Below the pieces are notes generated by a model. That model did no database searches and was not told the origin of the DNA. It saw nothing but the letters and a program-made list of their open reading frames with translations. The position numbers and the translations under genes are program-made. A stretch of DNA of 64,000 nt from Polyangiaceae bacterium (GTDB taxonomy: Bacteria; Myxococcota_A; Polyangia; Polyangiales; Polyangiaceae): contig JBILLK010000028.1 in NCBI GenBank assembly GCA_044376115.1, positions 1 through 64,000 of the forward strand, in the 5' to 3' direction. Positions 1-9,809 of this stretch are shown here, one piece after another. Position 1 is the first letter of the stretch. Every line of letters starts with the position of its first letter.

Positions 1-67
1 AATACCAGCGCAACCTAGGGTTCTTCTTGCAGGCCGACACCTCGGCCCAATGCAGGAGGACCTAATC

Positions 68-1339
68 ATGAACGCATCAAGCTCGTCTCTCTCGATCGCT
101 TCGTTGTTGTTGCTCGCAGGCGTCGGCTGTGAAACCACGCGCGTGGTTGATCCGTTTGAGCGCAACGACAGCGCTGAGACCGCCGAGCCGCAAGTTGCCC
201 CGGTGGCTGACGATGTCGCGCTGCAGATCGAGCAGACCGCGCGCGACGTCGAACGAGGCAAGAACCTGGACAAGTCGGTGGACCAACTCGAGGGCTTGCT
301 CGAGCAGAAGGGCCTGATCGACGAGCGCAAAGACGAGCTACGGCTTTTGCTGAGCCGGGCCTACGAAGCGCAGGGCGACACGGAGAGCGCGATCGAAGCG
401 GTCGAACAGCTGCTGCGCGAGAGCGCTTCACGCGAGCGCTCGCCGATGCGCGAGGCCGCCGAGAAGCGACTGCGTTTTCTGCTCACCGGCTCGGAGGAGG
501 AGAAGGGCGTTCGATTGCCGGCGCTTGTTGCACCGCCGCCGGTCGCGACGGCGATGGCGGGGCTGTTCAAGCCCGACGCGGAGAATCAGATCCGCGTAGA
601 CGTGCTTGTGTTTGGGCATCGTCGGGGCACGAGTCACGGCATCTTCGATATCGCCGAGGCCAAGCGACGCGAGCTCGAGCAGTCGCTCAACTCCAAGATC
701 AACGTGGGCCAGTCGATCTCGAGCACCGGGAGCTGGGTGGGGCTACCCAAGGCGATGGGGGACGCGGGCAGCGGTATGCCGCGCGCCGATCGCTCGTTGC
801 TCGTCTTCTACTATGACTTGGCCGATCTCAAAGTACCGGCGCGCTACAACGAATACTTGCCGATGCCCAGCGACGAGATCTCCAAGATCCTCGAGCAAGG
901 AGATGGCCTGGTGGTGGCCAAACAACGCAAGAACGCCAAGCCGACGATCGTGATCGCCGCCCCGCGTGAGGCCCAGCTCGATGCAGTGGAAGCAGCCTTC
1001 GCCGAGCTCCGCGAGCTTCCCTACGAGCCGCAGCGGATCAAGCTGGAGAGCAAGCTGATGCCGCAGGAGATTCAGGCGGGTATCCGCGCCTCGCGCAAGG
1101 CGATGCAAGCCTGCTACGAAACGGCGCTAGCCGGTACGCCAACGCTCGCGGGCGACGTCGCCATCGAATTCACGATCGAGAACGATGGTTCGGTCTCACG
1201 GCCGGCGGTGGGTAGCGGCTCCACGCTGAGCGACTCCCGTTTCACCAGCTGTTTGCTCGAGACCTTCGGCAAGGTCTCCTATCCGCGATTCGAAGGCCAA
1301 ACCATCAAGGTGCGCTACCCCTTGTCCTTCAGCCCGTGA
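68..1339 (+). CDS. Lipoprotein with C-terminal AgmX/PglI (TonB-C-like) domain
   Basis: AGGAGG upstream of ATG 68; lipobox-like AGVGC; C-terminal IRASRKAMQACYETAL...VAIEFTIENDGSV...CLL...VRYPLSF typical of the AgmX/PglI C-terminal domain. Confidence 0.7.
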   Translation: MNASSSSLSIASLLLLAGVGCETTRVVDPFERNDSAETAEPQVAPVADDVALQIEQTARDVERGKNLDKSVDQLEGLLEQKGLIDERKDELRLLLSRAYEAQGDTESAIEAVEQLLRESASRERSPMREAAEKRLRFLLTGSEEEKGVRLPALVAPPPVATAMAGLFKPDAENQIRVDVLVFGHRRGTSHGIFDIAEAKRRELEQSLNSKINVGQSISSTGSWVGLPKAMGDAGSGMPRADRSLLVFYYDLADLKVPARYNEYLPMPSDEISKILEQGDGLVVAKQRKNAKPTIVIAAPREAQLDAVEAAFAELRELPYEPQRIKLESKLMPQEIQAGIRASRKAMQACYETALAGTPTLAGDVAIEFTIENDGSVSRPAVGSGSTLSDSRFTSCLLETFGKVSYPRFEGQTIKVRYPLSFSP

Positions 1340-1869
1340 GCCCGCACTTCCTCCTCGAGCTCGTTGAAGATGCGCGTCGCGCGCTTGAAGTCGCGCAAGG
1401 CTTCGAGTCGCAGGTTTTCAGCCTGCAGCTTCTGCAGCACCTTCCGTGCAGCAGCCTCCCCGCTCGAGGGCTGCACGCTCGGCGAAGACTCGCGCAAGCG
1501 CCGATGACAGCTGAGTACGTAGCTCTTCGGTACGCCTAAGCAGGCGCTGAGAAACTCGAGCGCGTGCTCAGCCTGCTCGACGCGCGTACTCTGCGGCATC
1601 GGCTCCGGCAGCGGCGTACTGTCGAGCCCAAACAAGCGGAGTCCGATGCGACACTCGTCGTCACCTACCTCCCCAGCCAGCCGCCCGAGCACGACGTCAT
1701 GCAGCCGAACCACGTGCTCGTCGCTGCGGCGATCCAGCAGGCGTTGACGCTCCGCGAGCACCTCGAGCAGCGCTGCAGGTGGTTGCGCATGCTCGCTCTT
1801 TAGCCAGCCGTCCGACGCGGTGAGCAAATGAGCGACCGCTTGCAACAACGTCCGCGACCGCTCATTCAT
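1315..1869 (-). CDS. Hypothetical protein
   Basis: 184-aa ORF translationally coupled (ATGA overlap) to the upstream thioredoxin-domain gene. Confidence 0.55.
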   Translation of the reverse strand: MNERSRTLLQAVAHLLTASDGWLKSEHAQPPAALLEVLAERQRLLDRRSDEHVVRLHDVVLGRLAGEVGDDECRIGLRLFGLDSTPLPEPMPQSTRVEQAEHALEFLSACLGVPKSYVLSCHRRLRESSPSVQPSSGEAAARKVLQKLQAENLRLEALRDFKRATRIFNELEEEVRAHGLKDKG

Positions 1870-3269
1870 CGCGGAGGCCCTTCGGCGAGCAGCTTCTTCG
1901 CGGAGGCCAAACGTTCGCGCGTATCGGCTTCTCGCGCGAGGTCGCGCTGGCCCGCGGGCAGCCCTTCAAAGCCCTGCAAGGCTCGTTGGTAGTGCAAGGC
2001 CGCGGCCTTGAGATCGCCGAGCTTGAGGTAGGCGTCCGCGAGCCGCGCTTGGTAGATCCACTTGGGAGCACCGTAGGCAAGCGAGGACGCGAGCGCGAGC
2101 ACCGGCCGCGCTTCCTCGGCGCGTGACTGACTGAGCAGCTGCGTACCCAAGCGACCTTGCACCTCGTACTGCTGCGGCAGCTCCCGCGCACGAGCGGTCA
2201 GCAGCTCGAGCGCCTGGCCCTCTCGATCGAGCGCTAGCAGGGCCTTCACGCGGGCCGGGTCATAGGCCGAGGCTGATAGCGCATCCGCGGCCTTCGCAGC
2301 GGCCTCCTCGAGGATCTTCAGCCGTTCGCTTTGCAACACGCGGGTGCGCTCGGGGTTACCGCGCTCCGATTCGATCCACGCGGCGAGCGCATAACTTTCT
2401 GCGCGCTCGTGCGCCGAGAAGGTGGGGCTCGGCTGCGTGAGCATCGGCTCGCAAACGCTCATCGCTTGCTCGAGCGCTGGCCTTCGCGCTGCATCGCTTT
2501 CAGCGAGAGACGTCGCGCAAGCGACCATCGATTGCAGCAGCGCAAGACGCAGGGTGGCCTCCGGAACGTTGAGGTAGCCTCCGGCCAAGGCGACACAGCG
2601 CGCTGGCTCGCTGGCCTGCAGCGCCGTATCGAGCGCTGCCAGCATCGCCTCGCCCTTCGCGCTCGAAGTAGCGTCGGCCGCTTCGGCCTCGAACAGCTTG
2701 CTCGCCGCGAGCCAACGTTCTTGCTTACGGGCCTCGCGAGCTTGCTCCAACCGCGCGCGGCTCGCGGCTGAGGTCTGCATCGTCGCGCGAGCCGAGGCGA
2801 GTAACGCGGTCACGTCTTCACGCGCGATGAAGCCGGTGCGCTGCGCGACGACCTCGAGCGTCTGTGGGTCGAGCACCATTAGGTTGGGCAAGGAGAAGAC
2901 CCCGTAGCGTTCGGTGAAGCTGGCCGAACTCTCCAGATCGACGTCGAGTTCGAACAGGACGGCCTGCGTCGCCAGCTCCTGCCTGAACGAAGGCACGAGC
3001 ACGTTGCTTCGAAAGGCTGTGCACGGCGCACACCACGCGGCCCAAAGGTCGACGAGCAATGGGAGGCCTCGAGCACGCGCTTGTGCCGCAGCGGTCTCGA
3101 GGCTTGGAGCGGCCGCTGCGTGTGAGGCTGAAAGCGATGACGCTGGTGAGCTGCTCGCGGCGCTCGCTGCGATGCTGGCGACAGAACTCGTTACCGCGCT
3201 GGGAGGAGCTGGAGGCTGGCCTTCCGAACAGGCCGCCAAGGCGAGCATGAGCCACGGCCAACGGGTCAC
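1866..3269 (-). CDS. Thioredoxin-domain lipoprotein with TPR-like helical C-terminus
   Basis: Lipobox LAAC; LLVDLWAAWCAPC thioredoxin motif; probable GTG start at 3269. Confidence 0.75.
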   Translation of the reverse strand: MTRWPWLMLALAACSEGQPPAPPSAVTSSVASIAASAASSSPASSLSASHAAAAPSLETAAAQARARGLPLLVDLWAAWCAPCTAFRSNVLVPSFRQELATQAVLFELDVDLESSASFTERYGVFSLPNLMVLDPQTLEVVAQRTGFIAREDVTALLASARATMQTSAASRARLEQAREARKQERWLAASKLFEAEAADATSSAKGEAMLAALDTALQASEPARCVALAGGYLNVPEATLRLALLQSMVACATSLAESDAARRPALEQAMSVCEPMLTQPSPTFSAHERAESYALAAWIESERGNPERTRVLQSERLKILEEAAAKAADALSASAYDPARVKALLALDREGQALELLTARARELPQQYEVQGRLGTQLLSQSRAEEARPVLALASSLAYGAPKWIYQARLADAYLKLGDLKAAALHYQRALQGFEGLPAGQRDLAREADTRERLASAKKLLAEGPPR

Positions 3270-3334
3270 TGGCTCATCAAAGCAGATTGCGATCTTTTTC
3301 TGTAAGAAAGCCAACCCTGGGGCGTTGAGCCGGT

Positions 3335-4162
3335 ATGAACGCGCCACATCGTCTCCTCACGGTTGCTCTTGTCGCTGCTTCTCTGGCTGCTGCAGGCTGC
3401 AGGGATCACGCGGAAGCCCCCGCCAAAGCAGGTGCACCGGCCGCTGCTACTGCGGCTGGCCCCGTCGCTCCCGGGGCGTTGAACCGGGCGATGCGCATCA
3501 CGGTGAGTATGGCGCTGGTGGCGAAGGACGTGGATGCCTCGGCGGACCAAGTGCGCGCAGCGGTCAATGAAGCCGGCGGCTATGTCAGTCAGTCGCAACT
3601 CGCTGGCGAACAAGGCAATCGCGCAGCCACCCTCCAAGCGAAGGTCCCGGCCGAGCAACTCGCAACCTTTCGTCAGAGTCTGCGCGGCTTCGGCACGGTG
3701 GCCCAAGAGTCGGAGAAGGCCGAGGACGTGACCGAGCAGCAGGCCGACCTCAAGGCGCGCGTACGCAACGCGAAGGCCCAGGAGAAGCGGCTCTTGGAGC
3801 TGCTCTCGGATCGCACCGGCAGCCTCTCCGACGTGCTCACGGCTGAAAAGTCTCTGGCGGAGATCCGCGAGACGATCGAGCGGCTGGAGGCGCAAGAGAC
3901 CACGCTGGACAAGCAGATCGCTTTTGCGACGTTGGATATTCGCATCAGCAGCGATCGCAATGAACTCGCGCTCTCACCCGGCGAGCGCATCTCGAGCGCC
4001 TTCGGCAAAGGCTTCACGGTAGCCGGGGAGATGCTCGTCGTGTTCGGGGTGATCTTGGTGGGCGCTGCTCCCAGCCTGGTGATGCTGGGCGGCCTTGCTT
4101 ACCTGGCCTTCCGCGTGATTCGACTGTTTCGTAGGCGGAAAGCTGCGCCGGCGAGCGCCTGA
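3335..4162 (+). CDS. DUF4349-domain lipoprotein
   Basis: AAAGC lipobox; GGYV...EDVTEQ..DL.AR..N....EKRL..LL pattern; C-terminal TM helix. Confidence 0.8.
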   Translation: MNAPHRLLTVALVAASLAAAGCRDHAEAPAKAGAPAAATAAGPVAPGALNRAMRITVSMALVAKDVDASADQVRAAVNEAGGYVSQSQLAGEQGNRAATLQAKVPAEQLATFRQSLRGFGTVAQESEKAEDVTEQQADLKARVRNAKAQEKRLLELLSDRTGSLSDVLTAEKSLAEIRETIERLEAQETTLDKQIAFATLDIRISSDRNELALSPGERISSAFGKGFTVAGEMLVVFGVILVGAAPSLVMLGGLAYLAFRVIRLFRRRKAAPASA

Positions 4163-4178
4163 CGCTACGCTCTCGCGC

Positions 4179-5132
4179 GTGGCTCAGCTCGATTTGTTCG
4201 CCAAAGCCGAGGCCAAACCGCCGATCGTCGATGAGGTGCTACGCACCGTCGCCGCGCGCGTCCCAGCGCACGTTCGGCTCGGCACTTCGAGCTGGACGTT
4301 CGCGGGCTGGAAGGGTCTCGTGTATCAACGGGACTACGCGAGCACCCAGCACTTCAATCGCGAGGCACTGAGCGAGTACGCCGAGCACCCGCTGTTTCGT
4401 ACGGTGGGCGTGGATCGAGCCTTCTACCAGCCCGTTCCGGAGGAGGAGCTCGTGGCTTATGCAGCGCAGGTTCCCGCGCAGTTTCGCTTCGTGCAGAAGG
4501 TGTGGGCGCGCGTCGCTTCACCGCTCGTGGATCTGCAAGTGGGCGGGGAACGCAAGGTGCTACCCAACTCCGACTTTTTGAACCCGGAGATCTTTCTCAC
4601 AACGCAGGTCGAGCCGTCGCGTCGTGCGCTTGGACAGAAGTTAGGGCCGTTCGTGCTCGAGGTTTCGCCCTCGCGCGGCCAGCTCGCGCGCGAAGCGTTC
4701 GAGCCGAAGCTGCTTCGGTTCCTTGCGGCGCTCCCGAGCGACCTGCAAATCGCCGTGGAGCTACGTGAGGCGACCTTGCTCACTGAACGCTACTTCGCCG
4801 TGCTCGCGGAGACCGGCGCCGTTCACTGCCTCAACGTCTGGACCAACATGCCCTCGCTGCGCCGTCAGCTGCAGCACCCGCGCACGACCGACGGTAGCTT
4901 CGCGCTCGCGCGCTTATTGCTGCCGCAAGGTCGGCAGTACCAAGCCATGAAGGAGCGCTTTGCGCCCTTCGATCGCATCGTCGAACCAGCGCACGAGGTG
5001 CGGGCCCACGTACTCGAGCTGATCGAGCGGACGCGCGCCCGCGGCACCGAGACCTACATCATCGTCAACAACAAGCTGGAGGGCTCGAGCCCGTTGACGG
5101 TGCGAGCGCTGGCCGAACGGATGGGGAGCTGA
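4179..5132 (+). CDS. DUF72 family protein
   Basis: RLGTSSWTFAGWKGLVY, TVGVDRAFY, AVELRE and NNKLEGSSP motifs. Confidence 0.85.
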   Translation: MAQLDLFAKAEAKPPIVDEVLRTVAARVPAHVRLGTSSWTFAGWKGLVYQRDYASTQHFNREALSEYAEHPLFRTVGVDRAFYQPVPEEELVAYAAQVPAQFRFVQKVWARVASPLVDLQVGGERKVLPNSDFLNPEIFLTTQVEPSRRALGQKLGPFVLEVSPSRGQLAREAFEPKLLRFLAALPSDLQIAVELREATLLTERYFAVLAETGAVHCLNVWTNMPSLRRQLQHPRTTDGSFALARLLLPQGRQYQAMKERFAPFDRIVEPAHEVRAHVLELIERTRARGTETYIIVNNKLEGSSPLTVRALAERMGS

Positions 5133-5141
5133 GCACGAGCT

Positions 5142-5705
5142 TCAGAACTCGAAGCGAAGCGGGTCGCTTGTGGCAGCACGCACGACCTCGACCTTGGTAC
5201 CGCTGGTTGCGACGAGCGCGATGCCCACGGCTAGGCTCGCGAGGCCGGTTCCGAGCGTGATTCCGCCTGCTGCTGCGCGTGTTGAGGAGCTTGCATCGTC
5301 GAACAGATCGAGGCCGAGCACGACACCACCAACGACCGAACCGATGGCCCCAACGGTGAGCACGGTGATGCCCGCGTAGCGTTGGGTGAGGCTACCGGCG
5401 TCGACGACAACGTTCACCGGCGCGGAGGCGTCTAGGTTGAACGAGCCCGAGCGCGGGACACCAGGACCTTCAACGAAGAACAGCGCATCCGAGCGCTGCT
5501 CCACGGCGACATCGCACGGCGCCGCGCAAACGTGACTCGGCTCCACGCGCGTGCGGCCATCGAGCGAGAGCGACCGCACCAGCGCAACCTCGGGGGTAGC
5601 TTCGAGGTGGACCTGAACGGTGGTCGCCGAGCCGTCAGGGGCCGTAGGCTCATCGGCCAAAGCGATACTCGGAACTGCGAGGGCAATAAGGCAAAGCAAG
5701 CGCAT
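5142..5705 (-). CDS. Hypothetical exported/membrane protein
   Basis: Signal peptide (ALA/DE), CxAPC motif, C-terminal hydrophobic hairpin. Confidence 0.6.
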   Translation of the reverse strand: MRLLCLIALAVPSIALADEPTAPDGSATTVQVHLEATPEVALVRSLSLDGRTRVEPSHVCAAPCDVAVEQRSDALFFVEGPGVPRSGSFNLDASAPVNVVVDAGSLTQRYAGITVLTVGAIGSVVGGVVLGLDLFDDASSSTRAAAGGITLGTGLASLAVGIALVATSGTKVEVVRAATSDPLRFEF

Positions 5706-5716
5706 GCCGAGCGTTC

Positions 5717-5732
5717 AGCAAGACGAGGACCA
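5717..5732 (-). promoter_or_regulatory. Putative sigma54 -24/-12 promoter
   Basis: Minus strand TGGTCCTCGTCTTGCT (GG-N10-GC, TTGC) just upstream of ATG 5705; would give a near-leaderless mRNA. Confidence 0.4.
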
Positions 5733-5831
5733 GGCGGGTTTTCTCGATGCGGCCAACGAGCGAAGGACCGTCAGGTCTGGCAGGCTTGTCGTGCACCAGT
5801 TCGCGTCAAGCGCGCCGCGTGCGCCGGCCAG

Positions 5832-6827
5832 TCAACCCGCAGCGGCCTTCTTCTTGGTTGGCCTGCGACTGCTCTCGAGGCCACGCTCATCGGCCTGCGG
5901 CTCAACGAACTTGAGATGCTCAATGAAGAAGTCACGCAGCAGGGTGACCCTTTGCGGAAGTAGCCGCGAGCTTGGATAGACGAGGTGCATGCTAGCGAGC
6001 GGACCCTCATACTCGGGCAACACGCGCACGATCTGTGACGAGTCGCAGGGCAGCGCTGCGGCCGGGACGAACGCGATGCCGACACCTGCGACGCAGGCTC
6101 CCATCACGAACGAGAAGTCGCTACCGGACAACTGACCGCGTACGTCGACCTTCTCCTCACCGTTAGGTCCGGTGAGCTTCCACTCGGCGCGACCGTTCTT
6201 CGCGCGAAAGAGAATGCACTCGTGTTCGGCGAGCTCAGCCAACGTTTTGGGCGCTGGGTGCCGCTTCAGGTAGTCCCGGTGAGCGACCAGAATGAACGGC
6301 ATTCCGCCCAGCTTTCGAGCCACCAGCGTCGAGTCTTGAAGACGCCCAGCGCGCACCGCCAAGTCGAAGCCCTCGGCGACGAGGTCCACCATGCGGTTGG
6401 TCGAGTCCACGTCCACGCGAACGTCCGGGTATTGCCGCACGAACTCAGCGAGTGCGCGGACCACTGGACCTGCGCCAGCGTCGGGCGGCACCGTGATGCG
6501 CACCACACCGGAGGGCGAGCCTGAAGAGCTCGAGGCCTCGTTCTTCGCCTCTTCCAGCTCGGCGAGCGCTCGCGACGCGCGTTCGAAGTAGCGCTGCCCT
6601 ACCTCAGTGAGGTGAAAGCTGCGGGTGGTGCGATGAATCAACCGCACGCCCAGCGTCGCTTCGAGACGGGCCACACGTCTCGACACGCCCGACTTAGGCA
6701 CACCGAGCCGCTCGGCGGCGCGGGTGAACCCTTGAGCGTTAACCACGGCCACAAAGGCCTCGACCTCGTTGAGCTCGGCAGCAACGGCCGTCGGGTCTTC
6801 ACGCGATTGCGTCTTCACCGGGAGCAT
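5832..6827 (-). CDS. LysR family transcriptional regulator
   Basis: FTRAAERLGVPKSGVSRRVARLEATLGVRLIHRTTR HTH; DLVAEGFDLAVR substrate-binding domain; alternative TTG start at 6845. Confidence 0.95.
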   Translation of the reverse strand: MLPVKTQSREDPTAVAAELNEVEAFVAVVNAQGFTRAAERLGVPKSGVSRRVARLEATLGVRLIHRTTRSFHLTEVGQRYFERASRALAELEEAKNEASSSSGSPSGVVRITVPPDAGAGPVVRALAEFVRQYPDVRVDVDSTNRMVDLVAEGFDLAVRAGRLQDSTLVARKLGGMPFILVAHRDYLKRHPAPKTLAELAEHECILFRAKNGRAEWKLTGPNGEEKVDVRGQLSGSDFSFVMGACVAGVGIAFVPAAALPCDSSQIVRVLPEYEGPLASMHLVYPSSRLLPQRVTLLRDFFIEHLKFVEPQADERGLESSRRPTKKKAAAG

Positions 6828-6928
6828 CTTGCTCGCTTTGGACAACGCAGCAAGCCTTCACGCGCTCGGACAACGTTACGCAACACTTGGCCGTGAGCGA
6901 TACCGAAGGGCGAGAAGGCGTAGAAATG

Positions 6929-6964
6929 AAAAAGGGCGCGGTCCCCGTTTCCGAGAACCGCGCC
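6929..6964 (-). terminator. Rho-independent terminator after atpE
   Basis: Minus strand GGCGCGGT...ACCGCGCC stem followed by CTTTTT; a second hairpin lies at 6976-6998. Confidence 0.7.
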
Positions 6965-7004
6965 AAAGACGATGACGGAGAGCGTTAGCGGCTCTCCGAA
7001 GTTC

Positions 7005-7346
7005 TCAGGTGAGAACGATCTTGCTCTGGAGAATGAAGGCCACCACGAAGGCGAGCAGCACGAGCGACTCGATCAGGGCGAGACCCAGAATCATCGGCGT
7101 CTGGATACGAGCCGCTGCTCCGGGGTTACGCGAGATGCCTTCGAGCGCCGCAGCAGTGGCACGACCCTGCGAGAGGGTTCCACCGAGGGCGGCAAGGCCG
7201 ATCGCGAGCCCTGCTCCGAGCGCCAACCACGAGCTCGAGTCGAACTTGTTTGCCGGAGCCGAGGCCTGCGCAAACGCGAGGGCCGGTACCAGGACGGTGG
7301 CTGCGAACGCTGCGAGGGACAACGACAGCTTGCTCTTGAGGGACAT
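7005..7346 (-). CDS. atpE: ATP synthase F0 subunit c
   Basis: [11 protein letters not shown]...RNP...LALIESL with conserved Glu; N-terminal signal-like extension. Confidence 0.97.
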   Translation of the reverse strand: MSLKSKLSLSLAAFAATVLVPALAFAQASAPANKFDSSSWLALGAGLAIGLAALGGTLSQGRATAAALEGISRNPGAAARIQTPMILGLALIESLVLLAFVVAFILQSKIVLT

Positions 7347-7481
7347 CCGAACTTGCTCCTTTCAGGGGCACACAACTAAACGTGCGCTTCTCTAGTTTGA
7401 TTTGCAGCGCTTGACCAGATCGAAATCTGGAGCGCGGCATTTTTTTTGGGTTATCGAAAAGTAGGGGATCCGAAGCTTGGC

Positions 7482-8297
7482 TCAGTGAGCGTGCGCGTCT
7501 TCACCGTGACCGTGACCGTGACCATGCTCCTCTTCGTGATGCATCGGCTCGGTGGCGAGACCGATGTACACGGTGGTGAGGAGGCAGAAAACTATCGTCT
7601 GAACGACGCACACGATGAGACCAAGGAACGCCACCGGAATAGGCACGAACAGCGTGACCAAACCAAGGAACAGCGCCGCCAGGAGATGGTCGACCGCGAT
7701 GTTGACCATGAGACGCACAGCCAAGGTGATCGGCCGCACGCAGGTCGAGATGATCTCAATCGGGAAGATGAGCGGAGCGAGGTACCACTTCGGCCCAGCC
7801 ATGTGCTGCAGGTAGTGCCAGCCGTTCTCCTTCAACCCGTAGTAGTTGAAGCAAAGGAAAACGATGATGGCGCAACCGAGCGTCACGTTCAGGCTCGACG
7901 TCGGAGAACCAACGCCGGGAACCATGCCGATCAAGTTCGAGAACAGGATGAACAGAGCCAGCGAGCCGATCAACGGGAAGTAGCGCTTGGCGCGCTCGGC
8001 TCCCATCACGTCTTTGGCCATGTCGTAGAAGTAGCCGACCAGCACCTCAAAGAAGGTGGTCAGCGTGAGCTTGTCACTCGGAACGGCTGCCTCTTTGAGG
8101 TTGGTCAGCCGACCGCGAACAATCACCGCCAAGAGGATGAGGATCCCCATGTACAGCATGCTGGTGATCACCGGCTCGGTTGAGCGGTAATCCGGATGCT
8201 GGTGCCCGATGATGCTTTCTCCCAGGTTGTGCGCGTTCGCCTTGAGGGCTGGGACTTTTTCGAGCAGGTACGTGAGCCAATACGTGTGCTTGGGCAT
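7482..8297 (-). CDS. atpB: ATP synthase F0 subunit a
   Basis: SNLIGMVPG, PIEIIS..RPITLAVRL, VQTIVFCLLTTVYI motifs; His-rich tail. Confidence 0.97.
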   Translation of the reverse strand: MPKHTYWLTYLLEKVPALKANAHNLGESIIGHQHPDYRSTEPVITSMLYMGILILLAVIVRGRLTNLKEAAVPSDKLTLTTFFEVLVGYFYDMAKDVMGAERAKRYFPLIGSLALFILFSNLIGMVPGVGSPTSSLNVTLGCAIIVFLCFNYYGLKENGWHYLQHMAGPKWYLAPLIFPIEIISTCVRPITLAVRLMVNIAVDHLLAALFLGLVTLFVPIPVAFLGLIVCVVQTIVFCLLTTVYIGLATEPMHHEEEHGHGHGHGEDAHAH

Positions 8298-8441
8298 ACG
8301 TTTCTTCGGGTGGTCTTGCGGTTTCGCTCGGTAGCTCCGAGCGCGCGCTGCTTACCACAGGCAGGCGTCGACGCGGCTTTTCTTTTTCCCTAGGCCGAAA
8401 GGCCGGCAGTTTCGGCCTATTGGCTCGCGGCCGGGGTCGCT

Positions 8442-9809
8442 ATGGTGCGGTATCCCTCGGGAACCGGACCGATGAACCCCACCGTATTTTACGCGGACAA
8501 CATCCCTCAACAGGAGGGCGAACTCTGCGGCCTGGCCCTTCGCGTGGGGAGCTTGTGCCCTGAGGTCAGCGCTGGCGTCGTGCGCGAGTTGCGGCTGGAA
8601 CCGAGCTTCGACTGGTCAGGCGTAACGGTGCTCCGCGCAGAGGACGTCGCGGTCAACCAGCTCGAGGACGAGCCGGTGTTGGTGAGCCGTGAGTTCCGCC
8701 ATCCCCAGCAGCCGGTATTGCTGCTCGCGTGTGCCGATCGCGCCAAGCTCGCGCGGGCGAGCTCAGCGATTTCGCTCGAAGTGGAGCCGCGGTTCGAATC
8801 ATCGGTGGGCAGCACCGTTCAGACCGCTCACATCCAACAAGGCAACATCGAGACTGCCCTTTCGCACGCGCGGTTGGTGCATCGCGGCCGCTACGAGAAC
8901 GCGCGCCACGTGCAAAGCAACGCCGTCTCGCGGGAGCTTCTCGCGGTGCCCAACGGTAGCCGTCTGAGCTTCGCTCGGCAGTTCGCACCGACTACGCCTG
9001 CGACCCTGCATGCGGCCCTATTGGCGCGTAAAGCCGGGCTCCCGGTGCGGCTCTTGCGCGAACCGTCTGCGACGCTCGCGACGCTGCTCCCCATTTCGTC
9101 GTGTGAGGTCCGCTGCGGCGCAACCGAGGAGGGCCAGTTGCTCGCGCTGGAGCTTTCGCTCGTATTGCACTCGGGCGCCTACGCCCTCGACCCGGAGGTC
9201 CTGAATCAAGCCGTGCTGAGCGCCGAGCACGGCTACCACTGGGGTGCGCGGAAAGTGGACGGCGCCGTGCAACTGAGCGCCGCTCCGGCTTGGCCCACCG
9301 AATGCTCGCCTTCGGCCTTCACGCATTGGGCCGTCGAACGCCACCTCGATTCGCTCGCAGCCCGTTTGGGTGTCGAACCGATCGAGCTCAAGCTGGGCAA
9401 CCTTCGACCGGATGCTGACGGCGAGGCGAACATTCGACGCACCCTGGAGCTCAGCGGCTACGCCAACAAGCGCGCACTCTTCCGCGACGAAAACCGCGCG
9501 CGCAAAAGTCGCGGGGAACGTAAGCGGCTGGGCATCGGGGCGAGCCTGCTCTCCGAGCCCCTCGGGCTCGTGTGCCAAGTCGCCCAGATCGAGTTCGACC
9601 TCGACACGTACGAGACCACCCTGCACGAGCTTTGGTGCGGGGAATCATTGACGAACAACGACGGGAAGCCGTGGCTGTTCGCGGCCGGTCGTGAGTCGTC
9701 GACGCTTTCAGCTGGGATCGCCGCGGCGATTGAGTACGCGGCTGGCCTCGCCATCCAGGATTTGCCGCTATCACCCGAGCGGCTGCTCGAGTCGCAGCTG
9801 GCGCTATGA
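8442..9809 (+). CDS. Degenerate/shortened xanthine dehydrogenase-family molybdopterin-binding subunit
   Basis: AALLARKAGLPVRL, GAY, ERHLDSLAARLGVEPIELKLGN and C-terminal AIEYAAG..IQDLPLSPERL recall XdhB/CoxL; GGGFG and RGFG motifs are absent. Confidence 0.6.
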   Translation: MVRYPSGTGPMNPTVFYADNIPQQEGELCGLALRVGSLCPEVSAGVVRELRLEPSFDWSGVTVLRAEDVAVNQLEDEPVLVSREFRHPQQPVLLLACADRAKLARASSAISLEVEPRFESSVGSTVQTAHIQQGNIETALSHARLVHRGRYENARHVQSNAVSRELLAVPNGSRLSFARQFAPTTPATLHAALLARKAGLPVRLLREPSATLATLLPISSCEVRCGATEEGQLLALELSLVLHSGAYALDPEVLNQAVLSAEHGYHWGARKVDGAVQLSAAPAWPTECSPSAFTHWAVERHLDSLAARLGVEPIELKLGNLRPDADGEANIRRTLELSGYANKRALFRDENRARKSRGERKRLGIGASLLSEPLGLVCQVAQIEFDLDTYETTLHELWCGESLTNNDGKPWLFAAGRESSTLSAGIAAAIEYAAGLAIQDLPLSPERLLESQLAL

